DNA of 63,751 nt, the filler included, from Dimargaris cristalligena (lineage: Eukaryota), in NCBI GenBank assembly GCA_003614675.1. It is 28 parts of 28 records of this genome, joined end to end, with 100 filler letters (N's around TTAATTAATTAA, not from the genome) between each part and the next. Parts side by side here need not be neighbours in the genome. Positions count along the whole stretch, not along the records: positions 34,307 to 36,496 come from ML004317.1; positions 36,597 to 38,784 come from ML004318.1; positions 38,885 to 41,071 come from ML004319.1; positions 41,172 to 43,246 come from ML004320.1; positions 43,347 to 45,530 come from ML004321.1; positions 45,631 to 47,813 come from ML004322.1; positions 47,914 to 50,094 come from ML004323.1; 21 more parts are not named here. The stretch is one strand, 5' to 3'. Below, in pieces: positions 35,017-48,062 of the stretch. The notes beneath the pieces are model-generated. The model did not search any database. It was not told the DNA's origin and saw only the letters and a program-made list of their open reading frames with translations. The position numbers were made by a program, and so were the translations under genes. Every line of letters begins with the position of its first letter. The first letter of the stretch is position 1.

Positions 35017-36596
35017 ATTACTAGTCAAGCTTTATGAATAAGGGATGGCACAGCTTGAATGTGGGATAATATACCAACCACAGCTGATATTTCTCGTGGT
35101 TCATTCGAGCTATTTCATAGTCAAAATATTTAGTTGATTTCAAAATGGCTACATGGTGCGGGATGATACTAGAAAGGGATAGAATTCAATTGTTAGCTCA
35201 TTATCAAGTAGGAATATCCCAAGTGATGTAGGACCTTCTTGCAATGCAGCTATACTTACAGCTCGCTACTAAAATTATTGAATAGAGGGGCAGGCGAATC
35301 ATTTCTAAATCAAATACATACATTACTTTAATCTAGCACTGTAGGTGTTTCAGACTGTTCCCATTGTCCAGCAATAAATTGGTTTTTAGTATCAGTATGA
35401 CTTCGGCGTATATTTTTCTCTAACCAGCCTCCTTATATTGTCTCAATGAACATCCCCTTTTCATTTATATTTGTATTCCAAAGACTCGTTCTACCCTCGT
35501 CTAATTGCTTATTTCCTCATGATGCCCTCTTCTTTAGTATCCCTGTGCTGCATGATGACCCTTTTACACTGCATGTTGGTCATTCAGTACCCTCCTGTCC
35601 TTTATATGACGATCGATCACTTGTTCTGGATTGGATTTTTCCACCATTTTCCCACCCCTTGTGTATTTATTTCGACCCACTACCACCAGCAAAGGTCCTT
35701 TCATCTAGTAACTTTTACAGACATGCCCTAACCCTCGTAATATGAAACACTACATCTCCCTGCTTATAGCATCCTCCGTCGATATACTTTTTATAGGCTT
35801 ATTTGTTCCCCCACTGCCTTACATATGTCCAATCCACTCCAATCACGAATAGTTGGCCAACTATTCATTTCAATGACCGTATAGGCGAGGTTCCATCCGG
35901 TTACAACACAAAAATATTGATTAAGCGGGCTTTGCTACTCAAAAGGCAGTTCACTTCCCAATTTCCCGGTTATATTAGAATCAAAAAGATAGATGGTTGT
36001 ATCGAAATTCACCCCTACGAACGTTAAAGGAGATGGTTCGGATGTTATTTGGAACAAAATACAAAGGAGCTTTAAAGAGTAGCGACTAGGTTAATTTCTA
36101 TACATGGGAAAGGTTCAACCGAGCTGTATAACAAAATATTTATTGGATAAAGCACATATTACTGGTTAAAAACAAATATCCCATATGTTCCTGCGATCCC
36201 GGTCGGAGAGGCGGAACCGGATGTCGGTGGTTCGACAGTTCGACGATCGTCCCCTTTTTCGCCGGAAGCGGGTTTCGGGGGTCCCGACTTCGCCGAGTCA
36301 CTTCGTACGATGTGTCCTTGGAACGGATTCATATTTGAATTAGAGGTAAGTGAATAAAGAGAATATTTTATTGTAAGAGACGGATGATATATATTGTAAA
36401 CGGTATGGGAGTGAGTATTCAATGATGCTCTTCTCTTTCCTAGGCAGAAAACTGACGGGTTTTTGTATCCGTCGAGTCGCCATGTTCTCCTCGTGCNNNN
36501 NNNNNNNNNNNNNNNNNNNNNNNNNNNNNNNNNNNNNNNNTTAATTAATTAANNNNNNNNNNNNNNNNNNNNNNNNNNNNNNNNNNNNNNNNNNNN

Positions 36597-38784
36597 ACCA
36601 ACTGTCGATGCTTTCACAAAAATGTTTCATGGTAAGACTAGACTTGTCAATATTCAAGAGATAGTCATGGGTTTTTGCAATGAGGTGAAAGTCGTTCACC
36701 TTCGACCCCGCTTCTCCAATTGTTGAATAATAGAAAGGATAAGATGTTCCCAAAAGCTCCACCACCGCGGGGTGCGGGTTCACCAGAATGGGCGTGGACC
36801 GAACAATGCATTCAATGACTGTATTTACTGCAGAAGCGTCGATCAATTTGAGAAACACAATATTTTCTGAAAGAAGTTTATCATATGATTCATTGTCAAG
36901 TGTATCAATAATTTCAACACTGATCCATTCGTAATGAATGCTTTGAATGAGACCAAGAGCAAATTTATTTTCAGTAAATCTATCGATAGATGGTTGTTTG
37001 CTGAAGGTATAATCATATGAATAACCGTCTTCCGAAGAAACAAATATGTTTCCCGGGTTGTCATCTTCCAATCCAGTTACAGTTAGTGTCATTTTGTCTG
37101 GTTTGAAATAATTACTCATGTTTTTACCTTTCAAAACTGCCTTTTGAATATGAAATATGTCACCAGTGTCTCTTGGAGTTAACCTGTAAATGGCATAATT
37201 ATCTCTCATCCATGCCCCAATTTGCACTACTTTTCGTATGTGGTTATTTGAAAATTTTTCTATAGAAAACAAATTATCAGAGAATTCGGTTGGATGACAA
37301 AACGATTGTACCAAAACATGCTCGAAACCGCACTGCTTGAGAAGAATTTTCAATTTGCAAGCTAGATCAAGTGACAATGTAAAAAGAGCATGACAGTTTC
37401 CTAAAGATTCAATAAATGTCGGATTGCGAAAAAGATTTGGGACATTGTAGGCAGAAAATGTTTCGTCAAATGTATGGTGAATGAATCCGCACCACGGTTT
37501 GTCAAATGGTATCACATTCATGTATCGATAAATATCATGCGCCCAATGAAAAGTTCTGTCTATGTAATTGTCAAAAATAAGTCCACTGTTTTCAGAATGA
37601 AACTGAAGGAGATTGTCGACTGCATACTGCCACCCGCTCCTATGACAACCCCTAAAGTCATCCACTCCGACAAACTTGGCGTTAAAATGTGACACTTTTG
37701 GAAGCCGTTTTAGATTGCAATCGTCAATTTCATGGTTGTGCTGTTTTTGGAAGTCTTCCCAAACCCATTGAAATTCTTCTTTCGCTCGGAATGAATCCGT
37801 CAGAATCTCCTTGGTCATGCCAAAATGATATGTTGGAAAAGGTATTTTGGTCAGTCCGAAACAAGCGAGTGCTGACAAAAAATCGGCTAATTTGTCGCGA
37901 TTGGACTTTGTCAATTTTCCGGCTATTATAGATGAAAATGTTTTTTTTCCTTCATATATTTGTTTGGCTATCTCTCCAACACATTCTTCATCTTTATTTT
38001 CCGGGATAATATTCTTTACCAAAGATTCAATTATCGATAAAATATTGGTAAACGACTTGACAGGTTTTACTATGGAACTATCCAAGGCATAATTCAGCTC
38101 TTTTTCAAAGATGTCAAAGTGAACTTTTTCGAGATATGCTTTCATTTTGTCTGTTATATTTTCTCTTTTGTTGAAAGCTTCATGAAAAGATTTTAGAAAT
38201 AGATCTGGTGAGAAATCGATTGGAAGATCATGTCCATTGAGTGGTAACGCGTACCCATGCTGTTGCAATTCTAGATCTTCAAGGAGGTTTTTGACTTTTT
38301 TTGTAGTAAAGAGAGACACAAATGGGACTTTTGAGACAATTGAAAACATGTGTGCATGGTATCTCATTGTAATATTAAAGTCCAGCTCATGTTGAAATAT
38401 GCTCCACATTTCAGATACATTAATGGATTCTGGAACAAGATGAATCAGATGTCTGTTTTTGACCTGATTGTGTACATCGCGATTAATCAACCGATCATCT
38501 TCGCATGAATTAATGTCTGAAGTGTTGAAAGCTATGAGGAAGAGCTCCACACCGTCCAATAAGTTATTTGCTGAGTCTTTTGATTCGACTAGACGATCGA
38601 ATGCCTCTGCAATGTTTTTGACAATCTTCTTGTAATGTGAATTATTTTTATAAATGTTTCGGGTCAAGAAAACACCCACGTTTTTTCTCCCAATGGTTTT
38701 TTTATGTTTTTTGATCCAAAAAAACGGAAGGTCTTTTGAAGAAGGAAATGCCAGCGGAAGGAATACAGACAAATCAGGAAAGAA
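36597..38784 (-). CDS. Polysaccharide pyruvyl transferase-like domain fused to a GT-B glycosyltransferase-like domain; open at both ends; suspected giant-virus origin
   Basis: FPDLSVF and ITMRYHAHMFSIVSKVPFVSL; C-terminal HRSGW...HPTE...DASAVNTVIECIVRSTPILVNPHPAVVELLG; intronless, AT-rich codons. Confidence 0.65.
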
Positions 38785-38884
38785 NNNNNNNNNNNNNNNN
38801 NNNNNNNNNNNNNNNNNNNNNNNNNNNNTTAATTAATTAANNNNNNNNNNNNNNNNNNNNNNNNNNNNNNNNNNNNNNNNNNNN

Positions 38885-41071
38885 ATCGGCCTCAATGTGG
38901 GACCCCATCGAGCGGACGAGAACCTGACCTACGTCAGCCTATTAGCCCGTCTGAGCGACGACGCCTTACTTCGTGCCTACGAGGTCATTGAAAACAAGAT
39001 GCGTGAAGTCGGCGACTATGTGCGTCTCTGGCTGCAGTACCAGAGCCTTTGGGATCTGGAGACCGATTATATCTACACCCGCCTGGCCGATGACCTGGTC
39101 AAGTGGCAGCAGATCCTGACCGAGATCAAGACCGCCCGCGGTACCTTTGATAACTCCGACACTGACAAGGCCTTTGGGCCTATAGTGATTGACTACGAGC
39201 AAGTTCAAAGTAAAGTGAACGCCAAGTACGATGCCTGGCAGCGTGAAATCCTAAACAAGTTTGGACTGCGACTGGGCCAGGCCATGCGTGACTTCCACGC
39301 CGCGGTAGCCAAGGCCCGGGGTGACCTGGAGCAGCACTCTGTGGATACCTCCACTACCACTGAGGCGGTAACCTTCATCACCTTTATCCAGGAACTCAAG
39401 CGTCGTGTAAGTCAATGGAAGGTGGACGTGGCCACCTATCGCCAGGGCCAAAAGGCCCTGGAGCGCCAGCGCTACCAATTCCCCGCCGACTGGCTTTACA
39501 TGGACCAGGTGGACGGTGAGTGGGGTGCCTTCAACGAAATTTTGAGCCGCAAGAACAACACCATCCAGGAGCAAATTTCGGGCCTTCAGCTCAAGATTGT
39601 GGCCGAGGACAAGGCCATTGAGCAGCGGATCCGGGACATCGTGGGCGAATGGGAGCAGAATAAGCCAGTCCAGGGCGACATTAAGCCCGATATTGCCACC
39701 AATACCCTGAACATCTATGAAGGCCGGGTGACCCGCCTCAAGGACGAGTACGACCAGGTGTGCCGTGCCAAGGAAGCCCTAGACCTTGAACTGACCACCA
39801 ACGACCGACTGGAACCGGTGCTTGAAGAATTGCGTGACCTCAAGTCGGTATGGGCCGCCTTGGCCACCGTATGGAAGTCCATCTACGAAATTAAAGATAC
39901 CCCTTGGTCAACTACGGTGCCCCGTAAGATCCGCCAGCAACTCGACGCACTGGTCCAGTCCACCAAGGAGATGCCCAACCGCATGCGTCAGTACGCCGCT
40001 TTCGAATATATCCAGGACACCCTCCGCCAGTACCTTCGAGTCAACCCGCTCCTAGCCGACCTCAAGTCCGATGCCCTACGCGAGCGCCATTGGCGCCAGC
40101 TCTTTAAGTCCCTCCGCATAGACGGCCGCTTGCTTCTGTCCGAAATGACGCTAGGCCAGCTTTGGGATTTTGACCTTCGCCGTAACGAGTCCCTGGTGCG
40201 CGAGGTGATCACGGTGGCCCAGGGCGAAATGGCCCTTGAGGAGTTCCTCAAGCAGGTCCGCGAAACCTGGACCAACTACGTTCTCGACCTGGTTAACTAC
40301 CAAAACAAGTGCCGGTTGATCAAGGGGTGGGACGATCTGTTTACCAAATGTAGTGAAAACCTGAGTGCCTTGACCGCCATGAAGGCATCCCCGTATTACA
40401 AGGTCTTCGAGGACGAAGCATCCGGCTGGGAAGATAAATTGAACCGGATCCACGTCCTGTTCGATGTGTGGATCGATGTCCAGCGCCAGTGGGTCTACCT
40501 GGAGGGTATTTTCTCGGGCAGCGCCGATATTAAGCACCTCCTACCCGTCGAAACCGCCCGTTTCCAGAACATCAACTCCGAGTTCTTGGCCGTAATGAAA
40601 AAGGTGTATAAGTCGCCCTTCGTCTTGGATGTACTGAATATCGCCAATATCCAGAAGTCCCTGGAACGTTTGGCCGATTTGCTCAGCAAAATCCAAAAGG
40701 CATTGGGTGAATACTTGGAGCGCGAACGCTCTTCGTTCCCGCGGTTCTACTTCGTCGGTGACGAGGATCTGCTGGAAATTATCGGTAACAGTAAGGAAGT
40801 GACTCGTATCCAGAAACACTTCAAGAAGATGTTTGCTGGCTTGTCCTATATTATCCTGAACGACGATAACACCATCATCGAGGGTATGACCTCCCGTGAG
40901 GGTGAGTCAGTGAGATTCAAGAACCCCATTTCGTTAGTTCAGCACCCTAAGATCAACGACTGGTTAACCCTTCTCGAGCGTGAAATGAAGGTGACCCTGG
41001 CCGAATTGTTGACCGAAGCTGTTAGCAGCCTGCAGATTGTGTTCGCTGGGGATACTCTTAACCAGACCCGC
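38885..41071 (+). CDS. DYN1: Cytoplasmic dynein heavy chain, internal fragment (tail/linker, DHC_N2)
   Basis: [71 protein letters not shown]. Confidence 0.97.
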
Positions 41072-41171
41072 NNNNNNNNNNNNNNNNNNNNNNNNNNNNN
41101 NNNNNNNNNNNNNNNTTAATTAATTAANNNNNNNNNNNNNNNNNNNNNNNNNNNNNNNNNNNNNNNNNNNN

Positions 41172-42818
41172 ATCCCCGAAGCTGACATTCGGGCCGTACT
41201 CGGCCAACCGGCCCATCCCTTGGCCAGCCAGACCCTCATGCTACTGTATGTACTCTCCTACTGCGACTACCTCGCCACCAACATTCTCAAACCGGCGGCG
41301 TTGGCGGTCAACCCGGGTCAGCGCGACCCCATGAGCTGTATCCCCTATTCCGATAACCTGGTTGACCAGCTCCCCATCCGCCGTATATTAAATTACATAA
41401 CCGATAGGGTAGCTTACGACAGCATATACCCCGAACTGGTGGCCCTATGCCATTACCAGGCCCCGGAGACCTTCGACATCAAGAGCGTGGTGATGGAGAA
41501 TTATTGTCGCCAGCAGGAAACATTAGTCTTTCCCCAACTCCACGCCCGACTATCCCGGGACGCCGTGCAGCGGGCCGTACCCACGAGTGTCGAACTGGCC
41601 GCCATCTCCACCATGCCCGAACTTGGGCCTGCGCTTTTTCAGGCTCTTCGCCACCCCCACTCGGCGTTGCCGGTCCTCAAATACCTGGCCACCGTGGACA
41701 CGGCCCAACTGGTCCCCTGGGTACCGGATATCATCGGAACTTGCCTTCCGCTGTATTTGGATGCGCGATTCTCATCGGAAACCACCTATCAGTTCCGGGT
41801 CATTTGGGAGATTATCCATTTTTCTGTACCCCGGCAGGTGGAAACGTTAACGGTCAACAGCTGGCGGCGTACCTTGGACCGCAGTCAGCCGCCGTGGACC
41901 CTTCAGGATCTTTGGCTGGACCCATTGCTGCTGTTCCGCTGCGACCCGTTGGTCCTACGCCACCCGGATTTCTTCAACCTGTTTTTGCAAATCCTGGGCG
42001 TCTTTCTCATCATGTCACGGCATAAACTGCGGGCCAAACACGCCCAGCGGGGTCCCGGTAAGGGTCGCTTCAAAGACGCCCACCTTAATGCCCTCCTCTA
42101 CCTCCAAGACACAAATGTGCTCCAAATGTTATTGACCATCTGCAGCCAGCTGGTCAGCTCCTCGGCGGGAGCCTCTGATACGGACTCTGCACGGGCCTGC
42201 CAAAACCTGATTTACGACTTTCTACACCAGGCCTTCATCGAGAATCGGTTGGTGTGTAAATTATTGCACTTCCAAACCTTCGACCCGACTCTTCTACCCT
42301 TATTGGTGGAACACATCCCCTCCATGCATATTTGCTTTGATTTCATCGCCGAACTGCTGGCTCAGGCGACGTACGACCGGCAGATTTTCGGACTCCAGTT
42401 GGCGACCAGCTTATTGGAAAAGTACCCCATGGCCCGGAACCTCAACCTTATCCGAGAGACACTAATCCCACGTACCCAAACCCTCCTGGTCAAGTTCCCC
42501 TTGGCTGAGTCCCATGTAAAAGTGCTGTATCCGGTGGTCGACGCCATCACTCGGATAGGCGAATCGTACCCGCAGCTGGCCCCGGAGTGCAAGACCCTGC
42601 TGCTCGTAGCCCAGACCGTGTCCAGCAAGGGCGTTCAGGAAGCCACGACCCACGGTGTGCTTTCGACAGCAGGATCTGGGAATGGCGTGTTCCCGACCGC
42701 TGCCACTGCGGGAGGTTCGGCTCTAAATAAATGTAACTTCACTCTGGAGGAGGCCAGCGAGTTTCGCCAGTTTGTCAACCACGCCCTTGATGTCGTAGGC
42801 AAACGAAGTCACCACTAG
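41172..42818 (+). CDS. INTS2: Integrator complex subunit 2, C-terminal half
   Basis: DQLPIRRIL, DPLLLFRCDPLVLRHP, ALLYLQDTNVLQMLLTIC, FLHQAFIENRLVCKLLHFQTF...IPSMHICFDFIAELL match recalled INTS2 motifs. Confidence 0.85.
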   Translation: MPEADIRAVLGQPAHPLASQTLMLLYVLSYCDYLATNILKPAALAVNPGQRDPMSCIPYSDNLVDQLPIRRILNYITDRVAYDSIYPELVALCHYQAPETFDIKSVVMENYCRQQETLVFPQLHARLSRDAVQRAVPTSVELAAISTMPELGPALFQALRHPHSALPVLKYLATVDTAQLVPWVPDIIGTCLPLYLDARFSSETTYQFRVIWEIIHFSVPRQVETLTVNSWRRTLDRSQPPWTLQDLWLDPLLLFRCDPLVLRHPDFFNLFLQILGVFLIMSRHKLRAKHAQRGPGKGRFKDAHLNALLYLQDTNVLQMLLTICSQLVSSSAGASDTDSARACQNLIYDFLHQAFIENRLVCKLLHFQTFDPTLLPLLVEHIPSMHICFDFIAELLAQATYDRQIFGLQLATSLLEKYPMARNLNLIRETLIPRTQTLLVKFPLAESHVKVLYPVVDAITRIGESYPQLAPECKTLLLVAQTVSSKGVQEATTHGVLSTAGSGNGVFPTAATAGGSALNKCNFTLEEASEFRQFVNHALDVVGKRSHH

Positions 42819-43346
42819 GTTTAACGCGCCGGTTTTAGAGCCCGTGGTGTGGGGCACGGAACCATCATCCCATCCCAGGAGGCTATATGCGCCTCTTTAG
42901 CCACTTACCCAACCTCGCCCTTACGATAGTTGCAATGCCTTGGTAACCAGGGTACCCCTGACCCATCTTCCCAATTATATGCGCTTTTCACGGGTTTCCC
43001 TTCACCATTTTTGGCCATAGTCTGCATTTAAACCCACCGACCCGCCCGCTCTGGCGGTGCGTCTTTATCGTTTCCATATTTTGACAATAGTATTCTAGTG
43101 AGTTTTATTCTAATTCATTAAAAGTCTGTTGCAGTGACTCCCTGGTTGTTCATCAGTCCACTCACGCGTTCACCACTCAATAAATACTTAATATCATTTG
43201 GGCTAAATCCTCTTGGCCATTAGCAGCTGGGAGTATGTCAGCAGTCNNNNNNNNNNNNNNNNNNNNNNNNNNNNNNNNNNNNNNNNNNNNTTAATTAATT
43301 AANNNNNNNNNNNNNNNNNNNNNNNNNNNNNNNNNNNNNNNNNNNN

Positions 43347-44701
43347 ATCTGCCCAAGCTCTTTACTCCACTCCAGCTGGGCGGCCTTACTCTGCGCAATC
43401 GTATCATGATAGCGCCAATGTAAGTTTTACATCACCTGGACTCCATTAAACTTCGCCTGGGGATTATATTGCTTTAGTTCGGTGCTAAATTTTGACTATT
43501 GAGGGCCACTATATTAATGGGCATTTTCGCTCTTTGAATAATATGACTATTGCTCGTCAGTTTAAATCCCATGTTCAATGATTTTAATAAGCCACCCATT
43601 ATCGAATCCATGAATTATCTTATTTATTATACCTCCAGGTGCCAGTATTCCTGCGAGGATGGCTTTGTGACTGACTGGCACCTTGTTCATCTGGGTGGCT
43701 ATGCTGTTCGTGGTCCTGGTCTAGTGATGGCCGAAGCTACTGCTGTTCTTCCCAACGGCCGCATCACCCCCTACTGTGCCGGTCTTTGGAAAGACGAGCA
43801 TATTGCCCCTTGGGAGCGCATTGTCCAGTTCGCTCACTCGCAAGGTACTCCCATGGGCATCCAGCTAGCCCACGCCGGCCGAAAGGCTTCCACTTTCCCC
43901 ATTTTCTTCTCAGATGCCCGGGACGCTGCCCATCCGCCCCAGGGGGGTTGGACCGACGGAGCCGGTAGTAGCGACGACACAGTGTGGGGACCCTCGGATG
44001 ATCCCTGGGGACCGGAGGGATACCCCCAGCCCCATACCATGGCGCTGGAACAGATCCAAAAAGTCAAGCGGGCTTTTCGGGACGCTACAGTGCGGGCTGG
44101 TAAGGCCGGTTTTGATGTGATTGAGATCCATGCCGCCCACGGGTATTTACTCAATTCGTTCCTATCCCCGCTTTCAAATCACCGCACCGACCAATACGGC
44201 GGCACTTTCGAAAACCGCATTCGACTGTTGCTGGAAACGATCGAGGAGATTCGGTCCGTGTGGCCCAATGAGAAACCCCTGTTGGTGCGGGTGTCGGCTA
44301 CCGACTGGGTAGAGGAAGGTGAGGGCTGGGACAGCAACCAAACCGTTCAACTGGCCCAACGCTTGGCCGAAATCGGTTCCGTGGACCTACTCGACGTTTC
44401 CACCGGTGGTAATTCTTCGCGCCAGCAAATCCCCGCCGCACCCCTCTTCCAGGTCCCTTTTTCGGCCCAGGTCAAAAAAGCGGTGCCCACTTCCAAACTA
44501 CTGACCGGTACCGTAGGCCTTATTACCAAGGGCCAGGAAGCGGAGGACATTTTGCAGAAGGAGGAGGCGGATTTAATCCTCCTGGCCCGTCCGTTCCTAC
44601 GGGACCCCGGCTGGGTCTTGAAGGCTGCCCAGGAATTGGGGGTGCACATTAAGTGGCCCCAGCAGTACGAACCTGCCCGCCCCAAGCTCTACCGCCCATA
44701 A
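43347..44701 (+). CDS. Old yellow enzyme (NADH:flavin oxidoreductase, YqjM-like); intron 43420-43638; start codon missing
   Basis: LFTPLQLGGLTLRNRIMIAPM^CQYS across GTAAGT...CCAG; QLAHAGRKAS, EIHAAHGYLL, RTDQYGGTFENRIR. Confidence 0.93.
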
Positions 44702-47110
44702 TTTTCTTTTTCATTAGATATGCGATTTATACCCTGCTTTTTTTTTGCACTATCCTTTCTTTCTGATGGTTAAATGATATATACGCGATATCTATCCAGC
44801 ACCTGTCCCCGTGTAAAATCATGAAATTTATAATATTCGGTAGTTACATCTACCTTTTCTCATTAAAGAACGCTGTGAAACATCACCTTTCAAATTATTT
44901 CTGCAAGTAGCTAAACTGGAATAATTTGCATATTGGGCCGAGTTCTACCCTAAGCTGCCCTGTAAACTTGATCAAGTCCCAGTTATTAAATATCAGCAAC
45001 CATTCACAGGTGCCAAATACGGAATTGAGTACAAGTGCCTAACAACATATTGCTGTTACGATTATTAAGGGAGGGAAAGTAATGTGTATCCCTTTAGACA
45101 CATGGTCTTCTGTGGGGGCGAACAACAGGGAGGTTACTGGTTCTCTTTATAAAAATACTTCATCACCAATATCGTATAGGAAGAAAGTTGCCCGAAATCA
45201 CCTTGCTGTACATCCCTGCAATAATTTCATAGTCATCCAACAAATTAACGCAATGTGCAAATAGTTACAAGAAGATTAAGCAGTGGCTGCTTATAAAAAG
45301 AATCAAAAAAATGAAACCTTGACAATTAAGCCATATGAAAGAATCGGCTGAGAGGCACCTATCCCCTTGATTTTAAGTACCCCCGAACGGTATAAGAAGG
45401 TAAACCCTCAATTCTCATCCAATGAAATAGCGATATGAAACATTTGGGTGTTTATAAATATGTTGTGCCGCCTCCCCAAGAACCACAAACTTCGGCGGCA
45501 CCTATTCCTAGGCCCAGGTCACCAGGACGTNNNNNNNNNNNNNNNNNNNNNNNNNNNNNNNNNNNNNNNNNNNNTTAATTAATTAANNNNNNNNNNNNNN
45601 NNNNNNNNNNNNNNNNNNNNNNNNNNNNNNAGAAGGAGAAAGATAGAGAAACAAATTTTCACTAGAAAATTTTTCCTTTCTACTTCGGGGAAAGTAATAT
45701 TTTTACGGAAAATTTTTTCTTTCCCCTCTATTAACATAATGAGTTTTTAAAACGAATTCTGGCGCCTATGCAGCCTGATAAGCAGGTCGGGGCTGTTTCG
45801 CAGATTCACAAGCCTAGAACATTGAAGATGGAGTCGCCCAACACTACACATGGATGAACAATATCCAACCATAATGGCGGGCTGCCTTTCCTCCCACCTA
45901 ACTGTGCAACATTAAAATCTACGTATAGTTTTACCAAGTTGGCTGGAGCTTCTCATCACCTATTGGCAGACGAGCTAAAGCTAACCAAAATGAATCAGCG
46001 GGTATAATATCTAATAAATTCTTTAATTGCACTATGGCTACCCCAACACCCAACAACTCCCTTACCAAATTCACTATACAAGTGTGGACTGGAGTAAATA
46101 CACTATATTTAGAATCCACACTCATCCATTCAGTGAAGGGCCTTTCGGGTGGTTCATACCTAAAAATAAATGACTAGGCCTTACCAGCTCCACTGGCAGG
46201 AAGCAGATAGGGGAATAATCTACCCTGGTTTATATGGAAGAAGTTCAACCAGGCTGGAGATAGAAAATCTGCTGGACGAAATAATCACCACCAGTTAAAA
46301 ATAAATACCATGTCACTTTTCCCATACACAATGTATTTAAAACCTTCTATTGCTAATCCAGATTTCGCTCATATGGAGAGCACTGCTATTAGTCAGTTCC
46401 ATTTATTATCCAAATATTGTTTTCCCCCGCTGTCACCCAACCTACTTTTTACTGCCCAACCGCCACAATGAACCCATCTCTAAGTTTACATTCTTGACTT
46501 CAGCGATTCCGGTTAAAGTAATGATTATGTTGTGATCGATTTTACGAAGGTACTGTGGTGGTGTTCGTATACCATTATGCCCAGTCTCTCCCTTTTCTCT
46601 GCCGAGGGGCTTAAGAATAACAAAGTTCAACTCGCCGTGTCTCTTCATGAGTGTGATGAGAGCTTCTGATTTCCCATATCGGTTAGTCATGCTAAAGCCG
46701 GCCATCAGCAAAAACCACGGGATGGAAATATATGTATAGTATGAATTTGGCTGGTCTGCAGTTGATCCATGGTGAAGCAGCGGCAGTTTAGGGTAATAAC
46801 CCGAAATGGATCGACGTCAGTTTTGAATAAGTAGCCAATTATAGCTGCTGGGGAAATTTGTTGAAAATTTGATATTTTGGCAAATTGTACACCTCAATGG
46901 TGAAACCAAATGACGGATGTAAATAGAGGAAAGTTTAGCCATTCCCACAACCAGGACTATTGGATTCTTCCCCGGTATATGCCCTACTTGCTATATAACC
47001 TACCTCTTCCCATTTTCCGTGTGTAACTGATGTATTTCACATAATTGATTTGATTTGTTATTATTTCACTTCATCACCCACTAGTACTCCACTAGGTATA
47101 TCCCCTCACT

Positions 47111-47725
47111 ATGAAGCTTACTATTTTCATTTTAGCCAGTGTGTTTGTTGCTCTCCAGAGTACCATTCTAGCTTTACCCACCAATGTTGACTGCCACTCC
47201 CTCCAACACCAGGATGGTACCCAGAAGTGAGGTCCCCCAGCCTCAAACACAGCCACTTCCTTGGAACCCATGACTACTACTACCAATGACATTGTTACCA
47301 ATTCCACGGTGAGTCCCAATCCATATGAGAGCACCACCACCACCAACAATATTGTTACTGACTCCATGATGGGTCCTTACACTGATGAAAGTAGCACCAT
47401 CATCACCTCTGAGGATGTGGCTACCACCACTGACCCTGCCCTTGAACCGACCACTACTTCCAATGAACCATCTACCATTGCTCCAACCGAAACTTCAACC
47501 ATCCTGATGCCCACCTTGCACTGCAATCTCGCACAGGCTACTCGGAAATACCGAATCAAAGTGTATAATCGTGATGTCTCTCAGAAGGACACCTACCATG
47601 AATCCGTGTTAGATAAACTATCTACTGGTGGGTTCTGCTATAGTATCGACTCTATTGATGCAAACAATAACTATATTTTTATTTTGAGTAATGATAGTGA
47701 GATTATACAGATGTTATTGATATAA
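47111..47725 (+). pseudogene. Secreted Thr-rich protein with an in-frame TGA at 47228
   Basis: Signal peptide MKLTIFILASVFVALQSTILALP, then QK*GPP and T-rich repeats in the same frame. Confidence 0.55.
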
Positions 47726-47913
47726 TATCCTACTGGCATTGTGATTATTCATTAATGCCCTGAAACCATTCAGTTAGCGCATTGCGGCTGTTCAAAGGAG
47801 CTGTTCGATCTATNNNNNNNNNNNNNNNNNNNNNNNNNNNNNNNNNNNNNNNNNNNNTTAATTAATTAANNNNNNNNNNNNNNNNNNNNNNNNNNNNNNN
47901 NNNNNNNNNNNNN

Positions 47914-48062
47914 GTCAAGGGTATAAAATATAATAATAGAAAAAACAATATAATAATGAAAATGGAGGAAAAATAACTATACTCATCAGGGGTATACTTC
48001 TGATAAATATGAAAAATGGATTAAAAATAAAAGTAGGAAAAAAATGTGGTAAGTTCACCACA
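47914..48062 (-). repeat. Repeat family A terminus (reversed)
   Basis: ...ATGTGGTAAGTTCACCACA; matches 61633-61807 apart from an internal deletion. Confidence 0.85.

Noticed and set aside
36186-36332. CpG-rich minus-strand segment resembling a gene 5' end (MNPFQGHIVRSDS...) cut by family C
   Set aside because: Too short, with no identifiable domain
34307-41071. Copia gag, virus-like gene and dynein as one integrated viral locus
   Set aside because: They lie on separate contigs; adjacency is an artefact of concatenation
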